Assembly (NCBI GenBank): GCA_965649295.1
Contig: CBFGKH010000001.1
Span: 224,001 to 288,000, forward strand
Length of the DNA: 64,000 bases
Direction: 5' to 3'
DNA from: a candidate division WOR-3 bacterium
Lineage (GTDB): Bacteria > Hydrothermota > Tepidihabitantia > Tepidihabitantales > Tepidihabitantaceae
Shown here: positions 9,301 through 18,827 of the stretch, in pieces
Position numbering within the stretch: the first letter of the stretch is position 1
Layout of the letters: each line of letters opens with the position of its first letter
Made by a program: the position numbers and the translations under genes
The notes under the pieces: model-generated
The model's database searches: none
What the model saw: only the letters and a program-made list of their open reading frames with translations
What the model was told of the DNA's origin: nothing

Positions 9301-12300
9301 TGCTGGAGTAGCTGGCAACCGTGAACGTCGCGGTGATGTTGCCTGACTGCGTGCCATTGTTGCGAATCCGTACCTTTGGGACAACCGTTGTATTGGAATC
9401 AACGTTGCCTACGGGCTCGACAATCGCCACCACCGCGGCATCGGTCAACCGCACGCCAGTCATGACCGTGGCCGTATCGTTCGCCCGGTTCATGTCATTG
9501 GCCAGGCTGGCAACGCACTGGGCAGTGTGGATTCCGCGCTGCTCTGCCGACCACGGAACAAATGAGACCTGTGTCTGAGCTTCAGCACCAAGAAGGACGA
9601 GCTGGGTGTTGGTGTAGAACGAACCAATGGTCATCGTGACATTGAAGGCCTTCGGCTCGGTACTGTTGTTACGAACTGTCGCCCGGGGTGTAACAACTGT
9701 GCCCGAATCGTAGATGCCGACCGGCTCATCTATCGCCACGACTGCCGCATCAATCACCCTCACATTGACCGTCGCCCCAATGGCATCATTGCTTGAATAA
9801 AGCTCTCCTGGTACCGCCGTTGAACAACGCACTGACAGTGCCCCTCGCTCGGTCGCCGTCCACGGACTGAAACTGACTGACGCCTGCGCACCCGGGCCTA
9901 AGTCCACCGAACGGTTATCAGCATAGCTACCAATGGTCATTGTGACCGGCACGGTCAGTGGCACTGTTCCCCGATTGCCAACCGTCGCCTTCGGCACAAT
10001 CACGGTTCCTGAGTCAACCGTGCCTGTTGGCTGCTCTACCAGTACGGCAAAGGCATCCGCTACTCGTACATCAACCATACTGGAGAGGGTGTCATTAGCC
10101 GGATAGTTGTCGTCCGCGAGCTTCGTTGTGCAGAGGACGACCTGCGAGCCCCTCGCTCCAGCAGTCCAGTTGGGCAGAACGACGTTCGTGAGCGTCCCGG
10201 CTGGGTGATTCATGACCAGGGTTGATTCGCGGTAACTGGCACCGATTGTCATCCTGACATAATAGGTCTTGGCCGTGGCCGAATAGTTGAACACCGTTGC
10301 CTGGGGCACGTAGGTCTGGCCCGAATCAGCCGTGCCGACTGGTGCATCAATGGACAAAACACCGACGTCATTCAGCGGCGGTCGGAACTCCACCGCCCGT
10401 TGACTCGCGAGCAGGTTACCGATTGGAGCGCCGTTGAACAGATATTGCAACCCAATCGTGCCGTTCTCATTTTCGATACCTACCGTTGCACTCCTGCCCC
10501 AGTTGCGAAGCGTGTCAGAGACCGAACAGTCCTTGTACTGGGCGACGATACGACCATTTTCACAGATGATGAGCTGAAACGTGACTTGATTGAGAGTCGG
10601 TGCACCGACAATGCGCGCGTTCTGCCAGGTCACCACCGTCGAACAGTTCGGACTGGTGCCGAAGTGCTCGCAGTAAAGGTAGCCAGAATCAGTCGGCACC
10701 AGATTGAGGTCATCCCAGAAAGCGTAGATTGCCGCATTAGGAGTAGCTCCACTTGGCAAGCTGACGTTGGCCGGTGCGTTTGTGCCAGGGTCGGCGCCAA
10801 AGCTAACCCAGCCATTGGTCGAAACCCACATCGAGCTGTAGGTCTGTCCATAGAAGCGGAAAGCGTAAGGCAGGGTGACCTGAAAACGGGCCTCGTTTCC
10901 GCTACCGAGTGGCAACGACGGTGCTGCCACACTGCGCCACGCATAAGCCGGACCGCCATCATCCGAATCAAGCCAGGTATAGCCGGCTGCGTCGGGCCCA
11001 CCAGCAAAAAGACCGGTCACGCCGGATGAAGCCCGAAATGTCATCGAAGCACCGGAAGCCGGTATGTTCTGCACGAAACTGCCGGTGGGCAAGGGACTAG
11101 CCAGCGGATAGTTTGTCCTCGTGTTCGGATTGGTCCCATCGTCAAAAGTAGTCCGGTTCAGTCCACCTGGCCACGGATCGTTACCATCGCCACGGTTGTT
11201 GCCGTTGTACAGGTGATCAAGACCGTCTGCCTGTTCGAGCGCAACACCATACTTCCAGCCCGCACCGCCGTTGTTGATTGCATTGCTGCCACGGCGCCGA
11301 ACGATAACCGAGTCGTCGATGTGGTAAATCAGCAGACCCTGGCCAGGCAAGTTGATGTCAAACCCGGTCCTGCGCCGGTTTTCAATCAGGAAGTATTCGG
11401 TAAATGTACGGTTGCTGCCGATTGTCCAGATGGCATCGGCATTGTACTCAACCTGATTCAAAGTGTAATTCCCGTCGCATCGCACCGCTCTCGGGCTGAG
11501 CCAGCCCAGTTCCATCTTACACCAGGCATCAAGGTGTGCCGGATACCACGGGGAGTTGCCATTACCGCCCCAGGAACCACCAGCCATCAGGCTCCAGTTG
11601 CCCAAACCCTGCCCGCCACCATCGGTATCGTAGAGATCAGGCAGGCCCAACGCGTGCCCCCACTCGTGACAGAAAACGCCGATGCAAACCATCGAACCGT
11701 AATTGCTGTAGTTACTCCGCTCGGGATCGATTGTATAGTCATCAATCTTTATGAACCCACCATTGCGCGGATCAGGGTCATTGGTCACATAGACACCAAT
11801 CCCTGCCGAAGAGAAGCTCCATGCATGCGAGTGAATGTCGGCACCACTGCCGGTCTCCTCGCGCCCATAACCGGCGTGGATGCAGGTAAAAGCATCAACA
11901 TAGCCGTCGCCGTCGTCGTCATAGAGGGAGTAGTCCAGCACCGCGTCTGCTGCTGCGGCCGCCTCTTTGGCCAGCATTGCCGCCCGCTGGAATCCATTCG
12001 AGTAGCCATAGTAGGCCCTGTTGTTTATGGCCGTGTACCAGCCTGCCACTGTTCCGGTCAGGTTGAACTGCCCATATGAGACCTGACTGTAGTAGTCACG
12101 AGCAGAGCCTGTAGGCCATGTGCCAAAGAGCATGTTCTGAAACTCAGCCACCGAGTAGTTGTTGGGATAATCTGGATAATTGATAGCTACAACCGGAAAC
12201 TGTCTTGTCCCAACGACCAGTGGTAGGACATCGCCAGGCCGGTTTCTGATTTCACGCATTCCCAGACTGCGCACCGGGCGCGTGAACTGGTTGAGACCGT

Positions 12301-12427
12301 TGCTAATCGCATCGAGTTCGTGCGGCAGGGGCTTAACTGAGTTATCAATTGGCGGCATAGCCTGCACCGACAGAACGAAGGGAACGGTTAGCAGCAGGAC
12401 AGCTAGCAAAGCACGCATCAGTTTCAT
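6347..12427 (-). CDS. Secreted M6 (immune inhibitor A-like) metalloprotease with 9 CARDB-like Ig repeats, Kelch-like propeller and T9SS-type C-terminal sorting domain
   Basis: Signal peptide; IGVFCHEWGHALGLPDLYD, WSLMAGGSW, EYFLIENR; repeated D-A-A-V-V-x-I-x-x-P...VRCST-x-L-x-GD...ND units; KGNNT repeats; C-terminus GVYLVKL...TQKLVIER. Confidence 0.9.
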   Translation of the reverse strand: MKLMRALLAVLLLTVPFVLSVQAMPPIDNSVKPLPHELDAISNGLNQFTRPVRSLGMREIRNRPGDVLPLVVGTRQFPVVAINYPDYPNNYSVAEFQNMLFGTWPTGSARDYYSQVSYGQFNLTGTVAGWYTAINNRAYYGYSNGFQRAAMLAKEAAAAADAVLDYSLYDDDGDGYVDAFTCIHAGYGREETGSGADIHSHAWSFSSAGIGVYVTNDPDPRNGGFIKIDDYTIDPERSNYSNYGSMVCIGVFCHEWGHALGLPDLYDTDGGGQGLGNWSLMAGGSWGGNGNSPWYPAHLDAWCKMELGWLSPRAVRCDGNYTLNQVEYNADAIWTIGSNRTFTEYFLIENRRRTGFDINLPGQGLLIYHIDDSVIVRRRGSNAINNGGAGWKYGVALEQADGLDHLYNGNNRGDGNDPWPGGLNRTTFDDGTNPNTRTNYPLASPLPTGSFVQNIPASGASMTFRASSGVTGLFAGGPDAAGYTWLDSDDGGPAYAWRSVAAPSLPLGSGNEARFQVTLPYAFRFYGQTYSSMWVSTNGWVSFGADPGTNAPANVSLPSGATPNAAIYAFWDDLNLVPTDSGYLYCEHFGTSPNCSTVVTWQNARIVGAPTLNQVTFQLIICENGRIVAQYKDCSVSDTLRNWGRSATVGIENENGTIGLQYLFNGAPIGNLLASQRAVEFRPPLNDVGVLSIDAPVGTADSGQTYVPQATVFNYSATAKTYYVRMTIGASYRESTLVMNHPAGTLTNVVLPNWTAGARGSQVVLCTTKLADDNYPANDTLSSMVDVRVADAFAVLVEQPTGTVDSGTVIVPKATVGNRGTVPLTVPVTMTIGSYADNRSVDLGPGAQASVSFSPWTATERGALSVRCSTAVPGELYSSNDAIGATVNVRVIDAAVVAIDEPVGIYDSGTVVTPRATVRNNSTEPKAFNVTMTIGSFYTNTQLVLLGAEAQTQVSFVPWSAEQRGIHTAQCVASLANDMNRANDTATVMTGVRLTDAAVVAIVEPVGNVDSNTTVVPKVRIRNNGTQSGNITATFTVASYSSTVSTSLAPAEERIVSFTPWLAEDVGSHVARCTVNLAGDERSDNDTASAAVTVRVDANDAAVVSIDEPVGILDSGVMVVPKVTVRNSGTNPASFPVILRIGGFYADTQNVALNPAAAMQVSFEPWSVQQRGQHLVRCTTALAGDEDNTNDSLSGTVTVRVTDAVLVALDQPNGVYDSGVTVSPRATVRNGGTGAATIPVTLRIGSFYTDTRSITLGSGDQAQVTFADWYAIQRGTHVARCSVGLAGDLCDTNNVRERQVTVRTVDAAVVSIVQPGASCDSGVAVTPQAVVRNNSTSQQTFPVILTIGGVYADTQTVTIGANAQTAVNFDPWLPGGRGTVMVRCSAALAGDWQPANDVRFKQCVVRVTDAAVSLVIAPIDTVEADLYVTPSARVANRGSYTTTIPVTMRIGPGYANTQQVELGPGEEVTVEFASWRARPLGPSAVRCSTALVGDLVRTNDVAGCSVFVRTVDAAVAALGEPTGAYDSGVTVIPQAVIANAGTSAAVIPVILTIDSIYADTQHVSLGAGSWATVSFRPWQALAIGGHVVTCSVALAGDRQPLNDVRFTECQVVAVGPAGPGWSPARSMPSAPSNRAVKAGGWLASAPGLGRVYAAKGNKTQDFYFFEPQSGRWTECETMPRGIEGKPVSAGAAGTADNVEYVYALKGNNTDGFWRYSMLTDTWQRLDPIPGPKRVKAGTDLVYAPGPDGFAVYALKGGTNEFWRYSVARSEWETLPAPPAGTRPKWDKGSWLVYDENRFIYAHKGKYRDFYRFDVLTQTWDTVPRQGMPLYSSYTRRNSKAGDGSNAAWYSGRIYALKGSNTTEFWQYLPDVDQWVELETLPQIGVVRSKVKVKSGGDIAATAGDVLVAIKGNNSNDVWQFSLSRALGADRRRDGVQASETASDGFRFTIGLSSISSGHLHLTTRPLMQSATLSIYDALGRRVFAQRLEQLGTGPVTLDLRVLPAGVYLVKLSGEQLAATQKLVIER

Positions 12428-12526
12428 ATTGCCAACTCCTTGGAGAGCAGCCTCGACGGTCAGTTGTGGCCGACGCTAACCGCGCCGGAAGCCTCAGAGT
12501 AAGTCTAGAACCAGGCTACCCACTGT

Positions 12527-12566
12527 CAAGCAACAGAAGCGGCCTGCAGGCCGCTTCTGTTGCTTG
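12527..12566. terminator. Perfect 40-bp palindrome, probable terminator of M6 protease 2
   Basis: caagcaacagaagcggcctg|caggccgcttctgttgcttg, 17 bp after the stop at 12584. Confidence 0.65.
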
Positions 12567-12583
12567 TGGCTGTGGGCGGTGGG

Positions 12584-15500
12584 TTACTGCTCTACCACCA
12601 GCTTGGTCTTTTCACTACTACCGCCACCCTCAAGACTCAGGATGTAAACTCCCGCTGCCAGCCCGTGCAGGTCAAGCTGACACCAGTCGCGGCCTGCCCG
12701 AACCGACTGCGAAACAAGACACCGACCAGCGACATCCCGGACCGATAGCCACCGATTACTGGTTGTCGGCGAAAATCGAATGACCAACGTACCGGTTGAC
12801 AACGGATTAGGAACGGCAGCAAGCCGTACCCGCGCATCAATCGTCCTGTCGCTAGCCATGACCCCGCTCTGGCTGTGACTAATCGCGTTCTGCCAGGAGA
12901 TTCCGCCTGGTACGTATGTCCAGAACTGTCGAGAACGATTGCCCTTCAGCGCGTAGCAGACGCCCGTCTCGGGATAGTAAGCCAGGGCAGCGCCAGCCTT
13001 GACCCGCTTACGCGCACTGCTGCCCGGGTAGGCTTTCGGAATTGACTCCAATTCAATCCACGTATCATCTGCGGGTAGATACTGCCAGAACTCCTGAGTG
13101 CTGTTCCCCTTGAGAGCATAGATAACATTACCATCAAAGGCAGCACAACCGCCATCACCCGCTTTCTTGTTTCGCCGCCCAGTCACACCGCTGACCAGTG
13201 GCATCCGGGAGAGAACTACCGCGGTATCCCAACGTTCCTCGCTGACGTCGTAACGGTGCAATTCGTTGTACCTCGCCTTCAGAGCATAGATGTAGCGACA
13301 GCCATCGTAAACCAGCCATGAGCCGCGCCCATACCTTGGCCGGTCGCCGACTGGTGCCGGCGCTAACTCCACGAACGTATCGGTTCCGACATCGTAACGC
13401 CAGAAAGCATTATCGCCACCCTTGAGCAGATAGACATGGTCACTATTCGGTTTCGCAACATAAACCATGCCTGCGCCCGACCGCACCTTCTTGCGATTCG
13501 GGCCTTCGGGAATACTAGTCAGAGCACCCCATGTCTGGGTCGCGACATCGAACCGATAGAACTCGGTCGTGTTGTTGCCCTTGGCCAGATAGACACAGCC
13601 TGCGCCGCAGCAAATCGCACTGCCCCGGTAAACTCCGCGATCACGGTCACCACCGGGCACACTCGGTTCCTGCGTCCAGCCAGAATCGCCAGGCCGATAG
13701 GACCAGTATTCCAGAGTCCGGCTACCCTTCAACGCATAGAACTTGCCGCTAATCGGTTCGAACGTCAGCGCACCGCCATCCCGCACATACGTCGTGCCAG
13801 GCAGTGATTCAGCCGGATGCCAGCCCGGTGCCAGATTGCCCAGGCCAACAACAAACTGTCGCTCTAATGAGTTGTTCTCAGGACACTGTTCGGTCGCTAG
13901 CACCACCATACCGCGTGCAGTGTAGCGGCCTCGTCCTGCATTCCAAGGAGCAAACTGCAGCACCGTATCAGCCTCGACCGGCAGACCTGAATCGAGCACT
14001 AGACTATCGGTGTAACGGGTCGGCCCAGCAATGTCGAGTAGCACCCTGACCGGCTCGCGCACGGTACCACAGTTGCGCAGACGCAACATTGGCACCACTA
14101 CACCGGGCGGAACCGAATCACTCGGTGCCATTAGCTCTACTACTGCCGCATCGTGGACCGCGACTGTCACACTCGTGCTGGCAGTGTCGTTTGCCGGCAC
14201 CGCATCGCCCTCAAAGTCCAGCGAGCAGCGAACGGTCTGCCGACCGCGGCCGGTGGCCGCCCAGGGCCGGAACAGCACCTCGGCCTGGTCACCAGCCGCA
14301 AGCTCAATCGTGTATTCGTCACGGTAGTCGCTGCCGATGCTGAGGACCAGGGCAAACACTGCCTCTTCGGTGCCAGGATTGTAGATTGAGACTGCCGGCA
14401 CAACCTGAGCGCCCGAGTCAATCGTGCCGTGCGGCCTACCCAGACCAGAAACCCCGACGTCGAGAACCCGAACCACCGCTGCCGTGGTCAGCGTGTCATC
14501 AGCCCGCACCATGTCAAAGGCAAGCCCGGTTGAACAGCGCACGGTATGCTCTCCTCGCACCATATTGTCCCACGGCGCAAAAGTTGCCTCGGCTTCCTCA
14601 CCCGGTTGCAGCACAACATACTGCGTATCACAGTAGCCAGAACTGACACTGAGCGCCACCGGCACTACTGCCGGCTCGGTTCCGCGGTTAACAACGACCG
14701 CATGGGGAATCACCAGCGTGCCCGAATCATACACCCCACTTGGCGCGTCAATCGAAAGCACCCCAGCGTTCCAAACCCGGACTCGGGTACTACTCACCAG
14801 CGTGTCGTTACTCCGATTAAGGTCACCGCTCAGCACTGTCCAGCAGCGCACGTCCTGTACTCCCCGCTGCATCGCCATCCAGTTACCAAAGGTCACCTCA
14901 TTCTGGGCTCCGGCGGGAACGGTGACAGTGCGAGTGTTGGTGTAACTGCTGCCAATTCGCATCGTGACCGCAAACGTCGCCGCAGCCATACCATAGTTTG
15001 CAACCATGGCCCGCGGCGTAACAACAGTGCCCGAATCAACCGCCCCGGTCGGCGCCAGAACGCTAACAACACCAGCATCGGTGACGTTAACCGTGACACT
15101 ACCAGTGACCAGATTGTTGCTCGCCACCTGGTCGCCAGCCAAAGCCGTCGAACAACGCACCGCCAGATTGCCGCGCTGCTGCGCGGTCCAAGGCGAAAAT
15201 GTCACCACCGACTGACCGCCAGCCGGCACCGTGATACTCTGCGTGTTGCTGTATAGACTGCCGATGCGCATCGTCACCGGAATCGAAAGACTCTGATTGC
15301 CGCGATTGGCAACAGTCGCCTGAGGTGTAATCACTGCCCCAGAATCAACCGTCCCGGTCGGAGCCGCAATAGTCAATGCCGCGGCATCAGTCACCCGCAC
15401 AAACACATTGCCACTAATGGTGTCATTGCTGCGCTGCTGATCACCACTCAAGTAGGTCGAGCAGCGCACCACCAGATTACCTCGCGGCAGTGCCGTCCAG

Positions 15501-18043
15501 TTGTTGAACGAGACGCTGACCTGCATGCCCGGTTGGACGGTTACATTCCGGGTGTTGCTGTAGGCGGTACCAATCCGCAGACGCACCGGAACAGTCACTG
15601 CCGCCGTTCCATAGTTGGCCACCAGCGCCTGCGGCGTAATCACTGCCCCCGAATCAACTGTCCCGGTCGGAGCAGTTATCGTCACGGCCGCAGCATCCAC
15701 AACTCGCACCGTGACAACGCTACTCATCGTGTCGTTGGCCGAGTTGGCGTCGTTGGCAAGCCCGGTTGAACAGCGGACAGTCAGGTTGCCTCGCGGTAGC
15801 GCTGTCCAGGCTGCAAAGGCGACACTGGTCTGAGCACCGGCCGCCAGTGAGACTGTCTGGGTGTTGACGTAGAGGCTGCCGATTCTCAAGGTAACCGGAA
15901 AGGTGACGGCAGCCGTTCCGTTGTTGACCACTGTTGCCTGCGGAGTGATGACCGTGCCGGAATCAACCGTCCCGCTCGGCGCGCTGATGGCAACCACCGC
16001 CGCATCACTGCCACCAACAACAACCGTGCTGCTCACAGTATCATTGGCACGCACCAAATCACCAGCCAGTCCAGTCGAACACCGCACCGTCAGCGTACCC
16101 CGTGGCGACGCGGTCCAGTTAGCAAAAGTTACGCTAGTCTGCGCACCGGCGGCAAGCGCGACACTCTGGGTGTTCGTGTAAGCAGTACCAATCTTCAAGG
16201 TAACCGGTATCGTTGCACTCACACTGCCGCAATTCTGGACTGTCGCGCGGGGCGTGATGACCGCTCCGGAATCAACAGCGCCGATTGGAGCGGTAATGGC
16301 GACTACTGCCGCATCAGTCACTCGAACTGTTAGCGAACGCGTCTTGCAGTCGTTAGCAGTATTGGCATCGCCGGCAACCAGTGTTGAGCACTTGGCGGTG
16401 TAGGAGCCACGCGGAACTGCCACCGTCCAGTTCGCGAAAGTCACGAGGGTTGATTCTCCAACCCCAAGACCCGCCACTGTCCGGGTGTCAGTGTAGTATG
16501 AGCCGACCCAAAACCGGACCGAGAAACTACCAATAGCAGTCGTGCCGTAGTTCTTCACCCAAGCAGCAGGTGTCTGCACCGATCCGCTGTCAATCGTCGT
16601 CGCCGGGGCGGTGATTGCCGCCACCCCAACATCACCACTCGGTGGCGGTGCTGAGCCGCCTGACTTGAGCGAGCAGACCGCATAGTAGCTCTTAGGCGGA
16701 ATCATCCAGGCCTTACAACCAGAAAGACCATTCGCCGGCGAGTTCAGCCGAGCGCGGGACGTGCTTGAGCTGTCCGAGAAAACAGTCCAGTTGCCAAACC
16801 CCGGCCAGACGTCATCACCGTCGCCCCGGTTGGTGCCGTCCTGCAGGTCAATTGCACCGTCAGCCTCTTCAACGCAGACACCGTAGGGCATGATTCCGCC
16901 GGCGTTAATCATGTTGAGTGACTCGCGCGCCCGGATCACTGCGTTGTCAATGTGCTGAATCAGCAGCCCGCCTCCCTGTACACCCGGCAGCATCAGGTCA
17001 TAACCAAGATAGCAGCGGTTGGTAATCAACCAGTATTCGCTCGTGTCGGCCGCGGTCACCAGCTTGTAGATACGGCCATTACTGTAGGTGGCAGCCGGAA
17101 TAGTACAGAGCGTCGCGACATTTGGCACCACGATCGGCGTGCGCCAGCCGAGCCGCTCATAGCACCAGGCATCAGGACAGGTTGGCCGCCAAGGCGAGGC
17201 GTTGTTGCCACCCCACGAACCGGTCGCCATCAGACTCCAATTGCCGATCCCTGAACCACCGCCATCGGTGTCATACAGGTCCGGCAGCCCCAACGCATGT
17301 CCCCACTCATGGCAGAACACGCCGATACTGACCATCGTTCCGGTCTGAGTGATGTTACTGCGCTCCGGGCACATGACATAGCCATCAATCTTGATGTACT
17401 GGCCTGGGTGTCCTGGCCTGGGGTCATTAGTGGTGTACACCCCAACACCAGCTTCGGACAGGCTCCAAAGATGCGACCAGATATCATCGTAGTCGCCAGT
17501 CTCCTCAAGTCCGTAGCCGGCGTGTATTACTGTGAAGATATCTACGAAACCATCGCTGTCGGCATCAAAGGCAGCAAAGTTCAATAGGGAATCAACCTTC
17601 TGAGCCGCCTCCTTGGCCAGCAGTGCCGCTCGCTGTATCCCACTGCCGTAACCATAATAGGCACGATTGTTGTTTGCGGTTACCCACCCGACAACTGTCC
17701 CATCAATGTCGAATTGCCCGAAGCTGACCGTCTGGAAGTAATGCCGAGCCGAAGGGTTCGGCCACTCAATCACATTGAACAATCGCTGCTGAAAGGCGCC
17801 AGTCGTGTAGGTCTCGGCAAAGTTTGGGTACTTGATGCAGGCAACCGGGAAATACCTGGTACCAGTGACGGCAGTTGCCTCACCCAGCCCGCGGATGGGC
17901 CGCAGTGCACGATTGAGACCCTGTTTTAGCGCGGAACGATAATCAGCCGTTATCAACGGCTTGTCGAGCTTGTGGTAAGGAGGCATCGAAACCGCGATGC
18001 CAGCAAAGAGCAAAACAGCGGTCAGTAGCTTTCGGGTTGTCAC
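12584..18043 (-). CDS. Second secreted M6 metalloprotease with 9 CARDB-like repeats, Kelch-like propeller and T9SS-type C-terminal domain
   Basis: Signal peptide; IGVFCHEWGHALGLPDLYD; same repeat architecture as its neighbour; C-terminus GVYILSL...KTKLVVEQ; GGAGG RBS before GTG. Confidence 0.9.
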   Translation of the reverse strand: MTTRKLLTAVLLFAGIAVSMPPYHKLDKPLITADYRSALKQGLNRALRPIRGLGEATAVTGTRYFPVACIKYPNFAETYTTGAFQQRLFNVIEWPNPSARHYFQTVSFGQFDIDGTVVGWVTANNNRAYYGYGSGIQRAALLAKEAAQKVDSLLNFAAFDADSDGFVDIFTVIHAGYGLEETGDYDDIWSHLWSLSEAGVGVYTTNDPRPGHPGQYIKIDGYVMCPERSNITQTGTMVSIGVFCHEWGHALGLPDLYDTDGGGSGIGNWSLMATGSWGGNNASPWRPTCPDAWCYERLGWRTPIVVPNVATLCTIPAATYSNGRIYKLVTAADTSEYWLITNRCYLGYDLMLPGVQGGGLLIQHIDNAVIRARESLNMINAGGIMPYGVCVEEADGAIDLQDGTNRGDGDDVWPGFGNWTVFSDSSSTSRARLNSPANGLSGCKAWMIPPKSYYAVCSLKSGGSAPPPSGDVGVAAITAPATTIDSGSVQTPAAWVKNYGTTAIGSFSVRFWVGSYYTDTRTVAGLGVGESTLVTFANWTVAVPRGSYTAKCSTLVAGDANTANDCKTRSLTVRVTDAAVVAITAPIGAVDSGAVITPRATVQNCGSVSATIPVTLKIGTAYTNTQSVALAAGAQTSVTFANWTASPRGTLTVRCSTGLAGDLVRANDTVSSTVVVGGSDAAVVAISAPSGTVDSGTVITPQATVVNNGTAAVTFPVTLRIGSLYVNTQTVSLAAGAQTSVAFAAWTALPRGNLTVRCSTGLANDANSANDTMSSVVTVRVVDAAAVTITAPTGTVDSGAVITPQALVANYGTAAVTVPVRLRIGTAYSNTRNVTVQPGMQVSVSFNNWTALPRGNLVVRCSTYLSGDQQRSNDTISGNVFVRVTDAAALTIAAPTGTVDSGAVITPQATVANRGNQSLSIPVTMRIGSLYSNTQSITVPAGGQSVVTFSPWTAQQRGNLAVRCSTALAGDQVASNNLVTGSVTVNVTDAGVVSVLAPTGAVDSGTVVTPRAMVANYGMAAATFAVTMRIGSSYTNTRTVTVPAGAQNEVTFGNWMAMQRGVQDVRCWTVLSGDLNRSNDTLVSSTRVRVWNAGVLSIDAPSGVYDSGTLVIPHAVVVNRGTEPAVVPVALSVSSGYCDTQYVVLQPGEEAEATFAPWDNMVRGEHTVRCSTGLAFDMVRADDTLTTAAVVRVLDVGVSGLGRPHGTIDSGAQVVPAVSIYNPGTEEAVFALVLSIGSDYRDEYTIELAAGDQAEVLFRPWAATGRGRQTVRCSLDFEGDAVPANDTASTSVTVAVHDAAVVELMAPSDSVPPGVVVPMLRLRNCGTVREPVRVLLDIAGPTRYTDSLVLDSGLPVEADTVLQFAPWNAGRGRYTARGMVVLATEQCPENNSLERQFVVGLGNLAPGWHPAESLPGTTYVRDGGALTFEPISGKFYALKGSRTLEYWSYRPGDSGWTQEPSVPGGDRDRGVYRGSAICCGAGCVYLAKGNNTTEFYRFDVATQTWGALTSIPEGPNRKKVRSGAGMVYVAKPNSDHVYLLKGGDNAFWRYDVGTDTFVELAPAPVGDRPRYGRGSWLVYDGCRYIYALKARYNELHRYDVSEERWDTAVVLSRMPLVSGVTGRRNKKAGDGGCAAFDGNVIYALKGNSTQEFWQYLPADDTWIELESIPKAYPGSSARKRVKAGAALAYYPETGVCYALKGNRSRQFWTYVPGGISWQNAISHSQSGVMASDRTIDARVRLAAVPNPLSTGTLVIRFSPTTSNRWLSVRDVAGRCLVSQSVRAGRDWCQLDLHGLAAGVYILSLEGGGSSEKTKLVVEQ

Positions 18044-18264
18044 AATCGCTCCTCCACAGTAAATGACGCATCCACACCCGATGCTCTGGCCGCTCGTCCC
18101 GGAGCGTCATTACATTCTACCCCTCCTGTCAATGACTGTCAATCAAACTCAACCGGTAGCTTCCAGTCACCGCGACAACCCTGATGCCGAACGCAGTTCG
18201 CGCTAGCGGAACCGACCGCCTGCACCCTTTTTCGGGTGCAACGCACGCTGGCGAACATCAGACC

Positions 18265-18606
18265 TAACTCTTCTTCTCCCAATCTGATGCCCGAGCCCTG
18301 CTCTTCTCCCCTCCCTCGTCCCCCGGACTACTACCAGCAGCCTTCTGCCATCTCTCCTCATCAATACTGGCTTGGGTACCTACGAAGAAATCCCAAGCTT
18401 CGTTGCAACAGCCCTTTTCCAGAACGCCTTGCAGTGAGTCCTACGACTAGCCACTAGAATCGCCTTAGGCGAGGCTACCCACTAGCTCGGCTACCAGACC
18501 TGCGACCCTCCTTGCTACGACCTCTGCCAGTATCCATGCTGACAGACCTGCAGGTCTACTTGAGCCCCAATCCGCTTCGACCTAATTCCCACCCCTGTCA
18601 CTGCTC
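18265..18606. repeat. Degenerate 12-bp-periodic intergenic array B (opposite orientation)
   Basis: Motif taactcttcttctcccaatctgatg at 18265-18289; 24 12-mers from 18319 (tcccccggacta...), of which 22 start with pyrimidine-pyrimidine. Confidence 0.75.
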
Positions 18607-18685
18607 TAATTGTGCTCGACATCGGCTTCGACGCTATCAGTACGTTCTGCTGCTAGGCACAGCCGGTGCTTTAGCAGTTGCGCTG

Positions 18686-18713
18686 TTGACCTTTCCCTGG
18701 CCCGGAATATGAT
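18686..18713 (+). promoter_or_regulatory. Sigma70-type promoter for the SSS gene
   Basis: TTGACC-16 bp-TATGAT. Confidence 0.55.
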
Positions 18714-18827
18714 GACCTGCTGGCTATGCCAGGCTTGCACTGACATCACTAGTGTCAGCCAAGCCATCCCGGCCAGGTCGGGATGGCCTAGCCATTCCCG
18801 GCAATTGAGCAAACCGGCGGAGGCAAC

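Noticed and set aside
6830..12079. Long plus-strand ORFs antisense to M6 protease 1 (e.g. 6830-7543, 11213-12079)
   Set aside because: Shadow ORFs of a GC-rich coding strand; no recognisable motifs.
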